A DNA stretch of 64,000 nucleotides from a bacterium (GCA_031441465.1 JANOEP010000072.1:1-64000), one strand, 5' to 3'; positions 1-10,636 are shown, numbered from the stretch's first letter. Made by a program: numbers and translations. Notes: generated from the sequence alone by a model not told the origin.

Positions 1-1
1 C

Positions 2-841
2 CTGCCGCCGCTTCGCCCAGGCGATCGTCTCGCGCCTGTGCGCCGCTGTGCCGTGGCGGATCAGCAGGTCCAGCAGGTTCACCTCCCACAGCGAGTTGTG
101 CTGGTCGCGGTGCTCCTTCCCCGGGGTGATCCGGTGCTCGACCTCACATTCCAGGTGTGCCATGGCTCGCGGGTACGCCGGGTGATCGTCGCTGCGGACC
201 ACCACCTTTCCGGCCCCCCGGGTCACCACCTCGAGGAGTTCAGCCATGCCCTTGCGGACAGCCTTCGGATCCGGGCGGCCCAGGGTCGCTTCCAGCTCGG
301 CCCGGCGCTGCTTCTGGTGATCGGTCATGCGCCCCTTGCGGCGCAGCGGGCTGTCGGTGTGGTAGAGGAAGTAGCCGGTCTCGGGGTCGACGGCCACGTT
401 GTGGTGGAAGGGGAAGTACTGGCTCCACTCGAAGGTCTCGAAGCCGTCGACGACGACCTCGGGGGTGGGGCCGAGCTGCTGCATCTGCTTGGCATGGAAC
501 AGCAGGCAATGGCGTCCGAGGCGAGAGGCTTGGTGCTGGATGGTTGCCGGGGCAACCCGATCGGCCCTGGCCGCTTGTCGGTTGCACATCGAGCCGACCA
601 GCAGCATGAACAGCTGGGACATCAAGTCAGGGTGTTTCTGCCAGTAGGAGGTGGAGAAGGTCTGTGTGCTGAAGTTGCGTCCGCAGTGGAGGCATGTGAA
701 CCGCTGGATACGGGTGGGCGTGCAGCGGCGGGTGAAGTAGCCTTTGCGCTTGAAGCGCCAAGCAGGGGTAACCCGTTGGTGGAACATACAGTCGGGGTTG
801 GGGCAGTGGGGCGGCTGCCAGCCGGGGGTGTTGGTGGTCAT
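2..841 (-). mobile_element. IS1-like DDE transposase (runs off left edge of window)
   Basis: Manual minus-strand translation from ATG 841: MTTNTPGWQPPHCPNPDC...RFTCLHCGRNFS (Zn ribbon), an HTH-like segment, VVVDGFET, VRSDDHPAY and NSLWEVNLLDLLIRH...RRETIAWAKRR. No stop inside the window, so it is absent from the ORF track. Confidence 0.7.
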
Positions 842-874
842 GTCCCTGGCGCGGCAACGACCGCGCCAGGGACA
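841..874. repeat. Perfect 14-bp inverted repeat overlapping the transposase start
   Basis: TGTCCCTGGCGCGG-CAACGA-CCGCGCCAGGGACA. Confidence 0.9.
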
Positions 875-986
875 ATTTCACGGCCAGAACCAAACCCATG
901 GCCGGGGCGATGGGCCTCGGTTATTCTGGCCTGCGATGGGGCCGCCGTTGCGGCCCACCCCGCCACCGCCGGAAAGGACGGACCTG

Positions 987-2360
987 ATGGATACCGCCAC
1001 CCGCACCCTGCGCCGCGAAGCCCTGCGCGGACTGCTGCCCGGGGGCGCGATCCTGCTGCTGGGCAACGGGCAGGCCAGCCGCAACTACGAGGACAACGCG
1101 TACCCCTTCCGGCAGGACTCGCACTTCCTGTACTTCGTCGGCGCCGTGCGGCCCGACCTCGCGCTGCTGCTGCTGCCCGACGGCACCGGCACGCTGTACG
1201 GTCCGGCCGGCCATCCCGACGACGTGGTGTGGTCGGGGCCGCAGCCCTCCCTCGGCGATCTCGCCGCCCGGGCCGGTCTCGCGCGCCACGCGCCCGCCGA
1301 ACGCCTCGCGGCCGACCTCGCCGCCTGCGGGCGGGTCCACTACTTGCCGCCCTACCGCGCGAGCAACCGCCTGCTGCTGGCGGACCTGCTGGGCGTGGCG
1401 CCGGCGGCCGTGGCGGCCGGCGCCTCGCGCGCCCTGGTGCGCGCCGTGGTGGCGTTGCGCGAGGTCAAGAGCGACGCCGAGATCGCGGAGATCGAGACCG
1501 CCCTGGGCGTCAGCGCGCTGATGTACCAGTTCGCCCTGCGCAGCGTGCGCCCCGGCCTGCACGAGGCCCAGATCGCCGGCGCCATGCTGGGCGTGGCGCT
1601 GAGCTACGACATGCAGCCGTCGTTCCAGCCGATCGTCTCGGTGCGCGGCGAGATCCTGCACAACGAGAGCCGCGCCAACACGCTTGAGCCGGGCCAGTTG
1701 CTGCTGCTGGACAGCGGCGTCGAGACCAGCGAGAGCTACTGCTCCGACATCACGCGCACGCTCCCGGTGGGCGGCGTCTTCGCCCCGCGGCAGCGCGACG
1801 TCTACGACGTGGTGCTGAGCGCCCAGGCCGCGGCCATCGAGGCCGTTGCGCCCGGTGCGACCAACCGCGACGTGCACCTGGCGGCGGCGCTGGCCGTCGC
1901 GAGCGGGTTGAAGGATCTCGGCCTGATGCGCGGCGATCCCGCCGAGGCGACCGCCGCCGGCGCGCACGCGCTGTTCTTCCCGCACGGCATCGGGCACATG
2001 CTCGGTCTGGACGTCCACGACCTGGAGGACCTGGGCGACGCGGTGGGCTACGACGAGGGGGAGGCGCGTAGCCAGCAGTTCGGGCTGAACTTCCTGCGGC
2101 TGGCCAAAACGCTGAAGCCGGGATTCGTGATCACGATCGAGCCGGGGATCTACTTCAACCCGGCCCTGATCGCGCGCTGGCAGGACGCGGGGCTGCACGC
2201 GGGGTTCATCGACTACGCCGCCGTGCGGCGCTACGCGGGCTTCGGCGGGATCCGCCTCGAGGACGATGTGCTCGTCACCGCCGACGGCCACCGCGTCCTG
2301 GGGGCGCCGATCCCCAAGACGGCCGACGACGTCGAGCTGATGATGGGCGCGGGCGACTGA
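987..2360 (+). CDS. pepP: Xaa-Pro aminopeptidase (M24B)
   Basis: YPFRQDSHFLY N-domain; metal-site motifs DSG, SDITRT, HGIGHMLGLDVHD, TIEPGIYF, GIRLEDD; RBS AAGGA before ATG 987. Confidence 0.92.
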   Translation: MDTATRTLRREALRGLLPGGAILLLGNGQASRNYEDNAYPFRQDSHFLYFVGAVRPDLALLLLPDGTGTLYGPAGHPDDVVWSGPQPSLGDLAARAGLARHAPAERLAADLAACGRVHYLPPYRASNRLLLADLLGVAPAAVAAGASRALVRAVVALREVKSDAEIAEIETALGVSALMYQFALRSVRPGLHEAQIAGAMLGVALSYDMQPSFQPIVSVRGEILHNESRANTLEPGQLLLLDSGVETSESYCSDITRTLPVGGVFAPRQRDVYDVVLSAQAAAIEAVAPGATNRDVHLAAALAVASGLKDLGLMRGDPAEATAAGAHALFFPHGIGHMLGLDVHDLEDLGDAVGYDEGEARSQQFGLNFLRLAKTLKPGFVITIEPGIYFNPALIARWQDAGLHAGFIDYAAVRRYAGFGGIRLEDDVLVTADGHRVLGAPIPKTADDVELMMGAGD

Positions 2361-2367
2361 ACGGCGA

Positions 2368-3474
2368 TCAGCGCGTCAGCGCGCCGCGCGCCAGGACGCG
2401 CCCGGCCTCTTCCAGCCGGACCAGGGCCGCCTCGTGGCGGACGAGGCGCCGCTGCTCCGCGGCGCGCAGCACGCGCTCGGCGAAGCCGGGTTCCCAGTGC
2501 AGGTGCAGGTGGATGCGGTCGGCGCGGCACTCGTCCTCGGCGTCGGGTCCGCTCTCGTGCTGGGCCAGGTGGATGGCCAGCATCGCCAGCGCGAATTCCA
2601 GCCGCTGCGAGGCGCGACGGCGCGCCGCGGCGACCAGGCCGCGCTGCGGCGCCAGCAGCAGCGCCGACAGGAAGACCGCGCCCACCGTCGCGGCCATGGC
2701 GCCCGCGATCGAGACGTCCAGCCAGCGGGCGAACCAGTAGCCGCCGACCGCCGAGGCCGCCCCCATCAGCGCCGCCAGCCCCATCATCCGCGGCAGCCGG
2801 TCGGTCAGCAGGTGGGCCGCGGCCGGCGGGCCCACCATCAGCGCGACCACCAGCACCAGACCCACCGCGTCGAAGCTCGCCACGGCCGTCACGCTCACCA
2901 GCGACATCAGCCCGTAGTGGAGCAGGGCGGGCGAGAACCCCAGCGTCGCGGCCAGCCCCGCGTCGAAGGTCGCCAGCTTCAGCTCCTTGAAGAACAGTCC
3001 GAGCGCGACGGCGTCCAGCAGCAGCACGCCGCCCGCCAGCCACAGCGCGCGCGGGCCCAGGTCGGTCCCGCCGGGAGCGAAGCGGTCGAACGGCGCGAAC
3101 GCCAGTTCGCCCAGCAGCACGACGTCGGTGTCGAGGTGGACGGATCCGGCCTGGCGCGCCAGCAGGATCACGCCCAGGCTGAACAGGGCCGGGAAGACCA
3201 GCCCGATGGCGGCGTCTTCCTTGACCAGGCGCGTGCGGTGCAGCGCCTCGACCAGCGCGACGGTCAGCACGCCGGTGGCCGCCGCACCCAGGACCAGCCA
3301 GGGCGAGGCGAGGTCCCCGACCGCCAGGAAGGCAACGACGATGCCCAGCAGGATCGAGTGGCTGATGGCGTCGCTCATCATGGCCATGCGCCGCAGCACC
3401 AGGAACGCGCCCACCAGGGAGCAGGCGACGGCGGTCGCGGCGGCGATGAGCTGGATCTCGACCTGGGGCGACAT
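2368..3474 (-). CDS. troD: Mn/Zn/Fe ABC transporter permease with C-terminal wHTH-like extension
   Basis: GAFLVLRRMAMMSDAISHS and FFKELKLATFD motifs; last gene of the tro operon. Confidence 0.88.
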   Translation of the reverse strand: MSPQVEIQLIAAATAVACSLVGAFLVLRRMAMMSDAISHSILLGIVVAFLAVGDLASPWLVLGAAATGVLTVALVEALHRTRLVKEDAAIGLVFPALFSLGVILLARQAGSVHLDTDVVLLGELAFAPFDRFAPGGTDLGPRALWLAGGVLLLDAVALGLFFKELKLATFDAGLAATLGFSPALLHYGLMSLVSVTAVASFDAVGLVLVVALMVGPPAAAHLLTDRLPRMMGLAALMGAASAVGGYWFARWLDVSIAGAMAATVGAVFLSALLLAPQRGLVAAARRRASQRLEFALAMLAIHLAQHESGPDAEDECRADRIHLHLHWEPGFAERVLRAAEQRRLVRHEAALVRLEEAGRVLARGALTR

Positions 3475-4625
3475 CACGGCGCGGCCTCCCGTTGGCCATC
3501 GGCGGCGCGGTCGGCGAGGAAGCGCTCGGCTTCGCCGCGACCGGCGGCGGTGATGGTCCACAGATCGCCGCCGGCGTGGGCCGCCCAGCCCCGATCCGTC
3601 AGTTCGCGCAGCGACCGGCGCACCGAGCCGCCGGCGGCCATCGCTCGCAGCACCGCCACGGCGTGGGGCGCGGCGGTGGGGTCGCCGTGCTGGCCGGCGA
3701 GGGCGAACAGGTCGAGCAGGACCCCGTGCAGGCGCAGGTCGCGACGGCGGCGCCAGCGGCGCCAAGCCCCGGCGAGCAGGCCGCGCCGCGGCGAGAAGAC
3801 CAGCGAGAACAGGACGATGACCGTGGCCGCCAGCACGACGGCCGGCCCGGTGGGCGTGCGCGCGGCGAGGCTGCTGGCGACGGCGCCGGCGACGCCCGCG
3901 GCCGCGCCGAAGGCGGCGGCCAGGACGGCCATCGGCGCCAGCCGGTCGGTCCACTGGCGGGCCGCGGCGGCCGGCGCGACCAGCATCGCGCTCATCAGCA
4001 CCACGCCGACGGCCTGCAGGCCCGCGACGACCGCCATTACCAGCAGTCCCGTCAGCAGGATGTCCAGGCGCCGCACCGGCAGGCCGAGCAGGGCGGCGTA
4101 GCCGGGGTCGAAGCTCAGCAGCTTGAATTCCTTCCAGAACAGGACCAGCACCAGGACGGCGCCGCCGCCCAGCGCCGCCATCGTCACGACGTCGGCGGTC
4201 AGCAACGTCGCCGCCTGGCCGAACAGGAAGCGGTCCAGGCCGGCCTGCGAGGCGTCGGGGCGGCGCTGGATCCAGGTCAGCAGCATCAGTCCCGTGCCGA
4301 AGAAGACCGAGAGCACCAGTCCCAGCGCGCTGTCCGCCGACGTCCGCGAAGAGCGCACGATCCCCGTCACGCAGAGCGCGCCGAGCCAACCGGTGACCGC
4401 GGCCCCCGCCACCAGCGCCGCCGGCGCCTTGCTGCCGGTCAGCAGGAACACCAGCGCGATGCCGGGCAGGGCCGCGTGGCTGACCGCGTCGCCCAGCAGG
4501 CTCTGGCGCCGCAGCTGCGCGAAGACGCCCAGCACGCCGGCGGTCGCGCCGATGACCGCGGCGCCCGCCGCGACGGTGCGCAGCGTGTAGTCGCTCCAGA
4601 AGGCGGCGACGGTGCCCCAGGTCAC
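3474..4625 (-). CDS. troC: Mn/Zn/Fe ABC transporter permease with C-terminal wHTH-like extension
   Basis: [18 protein letters not shown] and [11 protein letters not shown] motifs; GTG start overlaps the troB stop. Confidence 0.88.
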   Translation of the reverse strand: MTWGTVAAFWSDYTLRTVAAGAAVIGATAGVLGVFAQLRRQSLLGDAVSHAALPGIALVFLLTGSKAPAALVAGAAVTGWLGALCVTGIVRSSRTSADSALGLVLSVFFGTGLMLLTWIQRRPDASQAGLDRFLFGQAATLLTADVVTMAALGGGAVLVLVLFWKEFKLLSFDPGYAALLGLPVRRLDILLTGLLVMAVVAGLQAVGVVLMSAMLVAPAAAARQWTDRLAPMAVLAAAFGAAAGVAGAVASSLAARTPTGPAVVLAATVIVLFSLVFSPRRGLLAGAWRRWRRRRDLRLHGVLLDLFALAGQHGDPTAAPHAVAVLRAMAAGGSVRRSLRELTDRGWAAHAGGDLWTITAAGRGEAERFLADRAADGQREAAP

Positions 4626-5470
4626 GGTCGGATCCTGCCGAAGTGGGAGGCGGTCGGGTCGTCGTGCCCGCCGGGTCCCGGCGTGGGGTCGGCCTTGCGC
4701 TCGAGGAATCCCAGGCGCCCGCCGTAGGTCAGGCGCAGGTTCTCCTCGGTGAAGACCTCGGCGACCGGGCCCGAGGCGATGCGCCGCACGTTCAGCAGCA
4801 TCACCCAGTCGAAGTAGTCCGGGACCGTCTGGAGGTCGTGGTGGACCACCACCACGGTGCGGCCGCGGGCGCGCAGGTCCTTCAGCAGGTCGACGATCGC
4901 GCGTTCGGTCACGGCGTCGACGCCCTGGAAGGGTTCGTCCATGAAGGTGACGTCGGTGTCCTGCACCAGCGCCCGCGCCAGGAACACGCGCTGCTGCTGG
5001 CCGCCGGAGAGCTGGCTGATCTGGCGGTCGGCGAAGGCCGCCATGCCGACGCGTTCGAGCGCGGCCAGAGCGTCCTCGCGCTCGCGGCGGCCGGGCCGGC
5101 GCACCCAGCCCAGGCGGCGGTACGTGCCCATGGTCACCACGTCGAGCGCCGAGGTGGGGAAGTCCCAGTCGACGCTGCCGCGCTGCGGCACGTAGCCGAT
5201 GCGGTCGCGAGCGCGCGCCAGGGGTTCGCCGTGGATGAGCACCGTGCCGGCGGCCGCCGGCACCAGGCCGAGGATCGCCTTCAGCAGCGTGCTCTTGCCG
5301 GCGCCGTTGGGGCCGACCACGGCCAGCAGCAGTCCGGGCGGCACCTCGAGGTCGACGTCCCACAGCACGGGCTTGTCGCGGTAGGCGACCGTCAAGTCGT
5401 GCACGGCGACGGCGAGGCCGGCTCCGGTGTGCGGAGCGGCCGGCGACGAGGGTGCGTTGCGGGGCGTCAC
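4622..5470 (-). CDS. troB: Metal ABC transporter ATP-binding protein
   Basis: [35 protein letters not shown]. Confidence 0.92.
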   Translation of the reverse strand: MTPRNAPSSPAAPHTGAGLAVAVHDLTVAYRDKPVLWDVDLEVPPGLLLAVVGPNGAGKSTLLKAILGLVPAAAGTVLIHGEPLARARDRIGYVPQRGSVDWDFPTSALDVVTMGTYRRLGWVRRPGRREREDALAALERVGMAAFADRQISQLSGGQQQRVFLARALVQDTDVTFMDEPFQGVDAVTERAIVDLLKDLRARGRTVVVVHHDLQTVPDYFDWVMLLNVRRIASGPVAEVFTEENLRLTYGGRLGFLERKADPTPGPGGHDDPTASHFGRIRP

Positions 5471-6462
5471 GGTGTCTCCCCCTTGCCGCCGAGGGCCTCG
5501 ACGATGGTCGTCACATTGGTGCGGACCATCCCGACGTACGTGGCGGCCGGGCCTCCCGGATCGCCGAGCGCGTCCGAATACAGCGAGCCGCCGATGCGCA
5601 CGTCGTGGCCGCGCGCGCGCACGGCCGCCTGCAGCGCTTCGACGGTGCGCGGCGGGACCGACGACTCCACGAAGACGGCCGGCACGCGCCGCTCGGCCAG
5701 GTAGGCGGCCAGGTCCTGCACGTCGCGGGTGCCGGCCTCGGTCGCCGTGCTGATGCCCTGCAGGGCGCGCACCTCCAGGCCGTAGGCGCGCCCGAAGTAA
5801 CCGAAGGCGTCGTGGGCCGTGGCCAGCACCCGCGCCGACTCGGGCACCGTCGCCACGCGCCGGCGCACCCAGGCGTCCAGCGAATCCAGTTCCGCCCGGT
5901 AGGCGGTGAGGTTGCGGTCGTATGTGCCCGCACCGGCGGGATCGGCGGCGGACAGCGCTTCGCCGACCGCGACGACCGCGTCGCGCCACAGCCGCACGTC
6001 GAACCAGATGTGGGGGTCGTGGGCGCCGGAGAAACCGGGCACGGCGCGCAGATCGCCGGCGGCGACCGTCGAGGCGACGGCGCGGGCGGGCCGGCTCGCG
6101 CCGAGGTGCTCAAGCACTTCGCCCATCTTCGCTTCCAGGTGCAGCCCGTTGAACAGGATGAGGTCGGCTTCCTGGAGGCGGCGCACATCGCCTTCGCTGG
6201 CCTTGTAGAGGTGGGGATCCACGCCGGGACCCATCAGGCCGGTCACCAGGACGCGCTCGGCGCCGATCCTCACCGCGGCGTCGGCTACCATGCCGGTGGT
6301 GGCGACGACGCGCAGGGGCCCGTCGCGGCGGCGCTCGCCGCCGCCGCCGCACCCGGCCACGCCGGCCGCCAACACGGCCAGCGCCACGGCGAATGCCGCG
6401 GCCGGAAAGAGGCGGGCGGCGGCGGGCCCACTGCGGATCTTGTCGAGGCCGGCTCGATTCAC
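5467..6462 (-). CDS. troA: Metal ABC transporter substrate-binding lipoprotein
   Basis: Lipobox [36 protein letters not shown]. Confidence 0.92.
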   Translation of the reverse strand: MNRAGLDKIRSGPAAARLFPAAAFAVALAVLAAGVAGCGGGGERRRDGPLRVVATTGMVADAAVRIGAERVLVTGLMGPGVDPHLYKASEGDVRRLQEADLILFNGLHLEAKMGEVLEHLGASRPARAVASTVAAGDLRAVPGFSGAHDPHIWFDVRLWRDAVVAVGEALSAADPAGAGTYDRNLTAYRAELDSLDAWVRRRVATVPESARVLATAHDAFGYFGRAYGLEVRALQGISTATEAGTRDVQDLAAYLAERRVPAVFVESSVPPRTVEALQAAVRARGHDVRIGGSLYSDALGDPGGPAATYVGMVRTNVTTIVEALGGKGETP

Positions 6463-6899
6463 GGCAGTTCCTCCGGCGCCGGCGACGACGCCATGTCGCG
6501 GGCGGGAATGGGCGATCCGTGGGGATCGCAGTCGGGGTGGCCGAGCAACTGGTCGATGCGGTCTTCCATGTCCTCGGACAGGACGTGCTCCCAGCGCTCG
6601 GCTTCGTCGTGGACGCGGTCCAGGGGCACGTCCATGATCTTCAGCAGGAAGGATTCGATCAGTCGGTGGCGCCTCACCACGCGCAGGGCCGTGCGGCGGC
6701 CGTTTTCGGTCAGGGTGACGCCCCGGTAGGGCGTGTGGTCGACCAGCCCGAGACCCGACAGGCGTTTGATCATGCCGGTGGCCGAAGCCGGGGCGACCGC
6801 CAGGCGGCGCGCGATCTCGCTGGTCGTCGCCCGGCCGTACCCGGCTTCGAGTTCCCAGATGGTCTTGAGGTAGTTCTCGGCGGACTCGGTGTGCTTCAC
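6459..6899 (-). CDS. troR: DtxR/MntR/TroR metal-dependent repressor
   Basis: ENYLKTI, RRHRLIESFL, EAERWEH, DPHGSPIP; first gene of the operon. Confidence 0.92.
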   Translation of the reverse strand: MKHTESAENYLKTIWELEAGYGRATTSEIARRLAVAPASATGMIKRLSGLGLVDHTPYRGVTLTENGRRTALRVVRRHRLIESFLLKIMDVPLDRVHDEAERWEHVLSEDMEDRIDQLLGHPDCDPHGSPIPARDMASSPAPEELP

Positions 6900-6940
6900 C
6901 CAGGACCTCGCGACGGGAGCGTGGGGCTCTCCCAGGACAC

Positions 6941-6995
6941 AATTTAGTGCAGCCTAAATTCAGCGACAGGATAGCATGGAGCCACGCAACGGCAA
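6941..6995 (-). promoter_or_regulatory. Sigma70-type promoter with DtxR/MntR-type operator
   Basis: Minus strand TTGCCG-16-TATCCT followed by palindrome AATTTAGGCTGCACTAAATT (6941-6960). Confidence 0.75.
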
Positions 6996-7097
6996 GGGAA
7001 ACTGGCATCCTCGCCCTCCGTGTTGTATTTTCAGCCGAGTGTGTCGGCCCGAGGGCAGATCCGTGGGACCGGCACGGCCATCGCACCCCACGAGCAC

Positions 7098-7162
7098 GTG
7101 AACGATCCGTGTGGACGACCCATGTGTACGACCCATGTGTGCGACCCACGTGAACGACCCAA
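7098..7162 (+). repeat. 5 x 13-bp tandem repeat (consensus GTGNACGACCCAY)
   Basis: gtgaacgatccgt/gtggacgacccat/gtgtacgacccat/gtgtgcgacccac/gtgaacgacccaa, directly before RBS GGGAG. Confidence 0.85.
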
Positions 7163-7174
7163 GGGAGACCTTCG

Positions 7175-9082
7175 ATGAACAGAGCCGCCCTGTGCCGCAG
7201 CGGGCTTGTCGTCCTGGCCCTCGGCCTGATCGTCCTGGCGGGATGCAGCGATGAGACGACGACCGGTTTGACCGGCACCGGCACCATCGGCGTCTACCCG
7301 TATCCGGCGTCGACGTCCTTCCCGTGGCAACTCGTGGGTCCCGCCGGCTACGAGCATGAAGGCTCCGGCGACGAGCTGCTCGAAGACATGGCGGCCGGCT
7401 CCTACACCGTCACCTGGCAGGGCGTCACCGGCTGGGTCACGCCGTCGCCCGTCGAGGTGACCAAGAATGTCGGCGGCGGCGCCGTGACGACGTTCACCAC
7501 GACCTACCGCCCCACCGGCGGCGAGATCCTGCCCGGGCAGATCGACATCAACCCGCTGCCGAACGACCAGGGTTTCGGTTTCCCCTGGACCATCACCGGT
7601 CCCGACGAGTTCAGCGCCGCGGGTGAGGGTTTCATCCGCTACGAGAACATGGACCCCGGCGAGTACACCGTGACCTGGGGCGACGTGGACGACTGGACCA
7701 CGCCGACGCCGAGTTCCGTCACCCTGACGCTCCTGGAAGGTGACGGTCTCTCGTTCACCGCCACCTGGGTTTCGGTCCAGGGATCGATCATCACCTTCTT
7801 CCCGGTCGCGCCGGGCTCGTTCCTCATGGGCAGCCCCCGCGGCGAAGTGGGCAGCGACAGCTACGAATGGCCCCAGCACCGCGTCACGCTGACGAGGCCC
7901 TTCGAGATGTCGAAGACGGAGATCACCTGGGAGCAGTACGCGGGCCTGATGGGCAACAACCCCAGCTACTACGACGACATCTGCCTCACCTGCTCGGCCG
8001 ACCATCCCATGGAATCGGTGAGCTGGCTGCAGGCGGTCGCGTTCTGCAACGCGCTCTCGGCGGACGAGTCGCTCACGCCGGCCTACACGGTCGTCGGCTC
8101 GACGGCGACGTGGGACCAGAACGCCGACGGGTACCGGTTGCCGACCGAAGCCGAATGGGAGTACGCCTGCCGCGCCGGCACGATCACGGCGTTCAGCAAC
8201 GGCGACCTGACCTCGGCCGCGGCCAGCTGCTACAACGATCCGAACCTCGAACTGATGGGGTGGTACTGCAACAACAGCTCCTCCCACACCAACCCCGTCG
8301 GCGACAAGCAGGCCAACGACTGGGATCTCGAGGACATGCACGGCAACGTGTGGGAGTGGGTCTGGGACTTCAGCCGCAACTACGACAGCGTGTCCATGCA
8401 GCTCGGCGACTTCACGTTCCTCGACGGCAGCACCCAGCAGCGCGGCACGATCACCGTCATGGAGGCCGAAACCGGCTTCGGCACGGACAAGATCTTCCGC
8501 CTCGACCAGATCGGCGCGACCTTCGGCGTCTCGAACCTCGGCGTCACCACGTCGCAGGTCAGTTTCCGTTACGCCGATTTCGACAGCGTCACCAACTTCA
8601 AGGTCAACGGCCAGACCCTCTACCGGGGACTGTTCTCCGATCTGCCGTCGACCGTCGCTCCCGGCGTCACCGTCGCGGTGACCAGCGGGCCGACCTCCAA
8701 CGGAACCTACGGGGACGGCGTGACCGGGATGGTCACCCTGACCGGTGCGGTGACGAGCGTGCTCGTCGGCGGGCAGGTCCTGATGATCGACGACTTCAGC
8801 GTCGTCGAAGCCGGGAACCCCCAGTTCGCACGGGATCGGCTGGTGGACTTCGACCTCTTCGTGCGCGGGCAGGTCTACCGCCCGAACCCCGGCGGCATCC
8901 CGACCTTGCTGTCGCTGGGCTGCACGATCACCGACCCGATCGGCCGCGGCACCGGCAGCGTCCACATGCTGCGCGGCGGCTCCTACTTCAGCAGTCCCGG
9001 CGACTGCCGCTCCGCGTCCCGGTCGGACCCGAGCCTCGCCAGCCGCTACGCCGGTTTCCGCGTGGTCCGCACCACCGACTGA
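7175..9082 (+). CDS. Lipoprotein with two beta-rich repeats and an interrupted FGE-sulfatase (SUMF1/EgtB/PvdO-like) domain
   Basis: Lipobox LAGC; GSFLMGS, YRLPTEAEWEYACRAG, DMHGNVWEWVWD, RGGSY, GFRVVR. Confidence 0.85.
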   Translation: MNRAALCRSGLVVLALGLIVLAGCSDETTTGLTGTGTIGVYPYPASTSFPWQLVGPAGYEHEGSGDELLEDMAAGSYTVTWQGVTGWVTPSPVEVTKNVGGGAVTTFTTTYRPTGGEILPGQIDINPLPNDQGFGFPWTITGPDEFSAAGEGFIRYENMDPGEYTVTWGDVDDWTTPTPSSVTLTLLEGDGLSFTATWVSVQGSIITFFPVAPGSFLMGSPRGEVGSDSYEWPQHRVTLTRPFEMSKTEITWEQYAGLMGNNPSYYDDICLTCSADHPMESVSWLQAVAFCNALSADESLTPAYTVVGSTATWDQNADGYRLPTEAEWEYACRAGTITAFSNGDLTSAAASCYNDPNLELMGWYCNNSSSHTNPVGDKQANDWDLEDMHGNVWEWVWDFSRNYDSVSMQLGDFTFLDGSTQQRGTITVMEAETGFGTDKIFRLDQIGATFGVSNLGVTTSQVSFRYADFDSVTNFKVNGQTLYRGLFSDLPSTVAPGVTVAVTSGPTSNGTYGDGVTGMVTLTGAVTSVLVGGQVLMIDDFSVVEAGNPQFARDRLVDFDLFVRGQVYRPNPGGIPTLLSLGCTITDPIGRGTGSVHMLRGGSYFSSPGDCRSASRSDPSLASRYAGFRVVRTTD

Positions 9083-9117
9083 CGCCGCGGGTTTCGGCAC
9101 GGCCGTGATTCCGACAA

Positions 9118-9153
9118 GACCGGGAGACCTCCCAGCAGGGAAGTCTCCCGGTC
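9118..9153. terminator. Hairpin between convergent genes
   Basis: GACCGGGAGACCTCCC-AGCA-GGGAAGTCTCCCGGTC. Confidence 0.6.
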
Positions 9154-9169
9154 CGCGTATCGGCGGGCG

Positions 9170-10636
9170 TCAACGCGAGGCGGTCCCGTCGGGCCGGTTC
9201 GCCTCGTCGACCGCGTAGGCGAGGGCCGCGGCCTTGTCCAGCGTCTCCTGCCACTCCGCCGCCGGGTCGCTGTCGGCGGTCACCGCACCGCCGACCCCGC
9301 ACACGGCGCGACCGGCGCGCACCACCAGCGTGCGGATGACGATGTTCAGGTCCATGGCGCCGGCGTCGTCGAGCCAGCCCAGGGAGCCGGCGTAGACGCC
9401 CCGCGACCACGGCTCCAGCTCGTCGATCATCTTCATGGCCTCGATCTTGGGCGCCCCGGTCATCGAACCGCCGGGGAAACAGGCGCGCACGGCGTCGATC
9501 CCGTCCAGCCCCTCGCGTAGGCGGCCGCGCACGGTCGAGACCATCTGCCACACCCACCCGCAGCACTCGACGGCCATCAGCTCGGGCACTTCGATGCTCC
9601 CGGTCTCGCAGACGCGTCCCAGATCGTTGCGCGCCAGGTCCACGATCATGAGATTCTCGGCGATGTCCTTCGACGAGACGGCCAGTTCGTCGCGCATGCG
9701 GGTGTCTTCCCAGGGGTCGAGGCAGCAGGGGCGGGTGCCCTTGATCGGCCGCGTCTCGAGCCACCCGTCGCGGTCGAGGCTCAGGAACCGCTCGGGGGAA
9801 GAGCAGAGCACCGTGACGTCGCCGCAGGTCAGCCAGGCACCGAAGAGCGCCGTGTTCACGGCGCGCAGCTTGCCGTAGAGCCGCCAGGGCTCCGCCCGCA
9901 GTTCCAGCTCGACGCGGCGCGTGAGGCAGCACTCGAAGACGCGCCCGTCGCGGATGTCGCGCTGGACGGAGGCCACGCGGGCTATGTAGTCCTCGCGGCC
10001 TTCCTGCGACGGCGTCGACCGCGCGTGGGGGCGGCACCGCGGCAGCGCCGGCGGCCCCCAGGATGCGAGGCGGTCGCGGACCGCATCGGCGATGTGGTCG
10101 GCGTCGCGGCGGGCGGCGTCGCCGTCGGGACCGCGACCGACGACCGACAGCCAGGTGCGGCCCGCGCCGTGGTCGCGCACGAGCAGGGCTTCGTGCCGCA
10201 CGAAGCGCAGGTCCGGCAGGCCCAGGTCGTCGCGCCCGGTGTCGGGGAAGGACTCCAGGCAGTGACCCGCCTCGTAGCCGAACCAACCGACGATCCCGTG
10301 GACGAACGGGAAGCGCGCCGTCTGCAGGTCGCCGGCCGGCGCGGCCGTTTCGCGGCGCCAGGCCCGCAGCGCCTCGAAGGGGTCGACGCCGGTCAGGGTG
10401 CGCGTCTCGCCGCCGGCGCGTGCCGCGACGTCGGCCTTCCCGCCCGGACGCCGGCGTGCCTCGAACGTGGACGTCTCACCCACTCCCAGGTAGGAGAAGC
10501 GGCCGAGCCGGGCGTCGCCGTCCGCGCTGTCCAACAGCACGGGTTCCGGCCAACCGCCGGCGCGAAACGCCTCGACGAGTCGCCAGAACGGCTTCACGTG
10601 GTCGACGGGTTCCAGGAGGTGGTGTGCGGCGTCCAT
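9170..10636 (-). CDS. pabB: Aminodeoxychorismate synthase component I (PabB/TrpE family)
   Basis: SSPERFL, RPIKGT (PabB-type), ENLMIVDLARNDLGRVC, FPGGSMTGAPK. Confidence 0.82.
   Translation of the reverse strand: MDAAHHLLEPVDHVKPFWRLVEAFRAGGWPEPVLLDSADGDARLGRFSYLGVGETSTFEARRRPGGKADVAARAGGETRTLTGVDPFEALRAWRRETAAPAGDLQTARFPFVHGIVGWFGYEAGHCLESFPDTGRDDLGLPDLRFVRHEALLVRDHGAGRTWLSVVGRGPDGDAARRDADHIADAVRDRLASWGPPALPRCRPHARSTPSQEGREDYIARVASVQRDIRDGRVFECCLTRRVELELRAEPWRLYGKLRAVNTALFGAWLTCGDVTVLCSSPERFLSLDRDGWLETRPIKGTRPCCLDPWEDTRMRDELAVSSKDIAENLMIVDLARNDLGRVCETGSIEVPELMAVECCGWVWQMVSTVRGRLREGLDGIDAVRACFPGGSMTGAPKIEAMKMIDELEPWSRGVYAGSLGWLDDAGAMDLNIVIRTLVVRAGRAVCGVGGAVTADSDPAAEWQETLDKAAALAYAVDEANRPDGTASR

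Noticed and set aside
7098..7162. CRISPR array
   Set aside because: Direct tandem 13-mers without spacers; no cas genes.
7175..9082. FGE-domain protein as a DGR target
   Set aside because: No reverse transcriptase and no template-repeat copy of the 3' end seen in the window.
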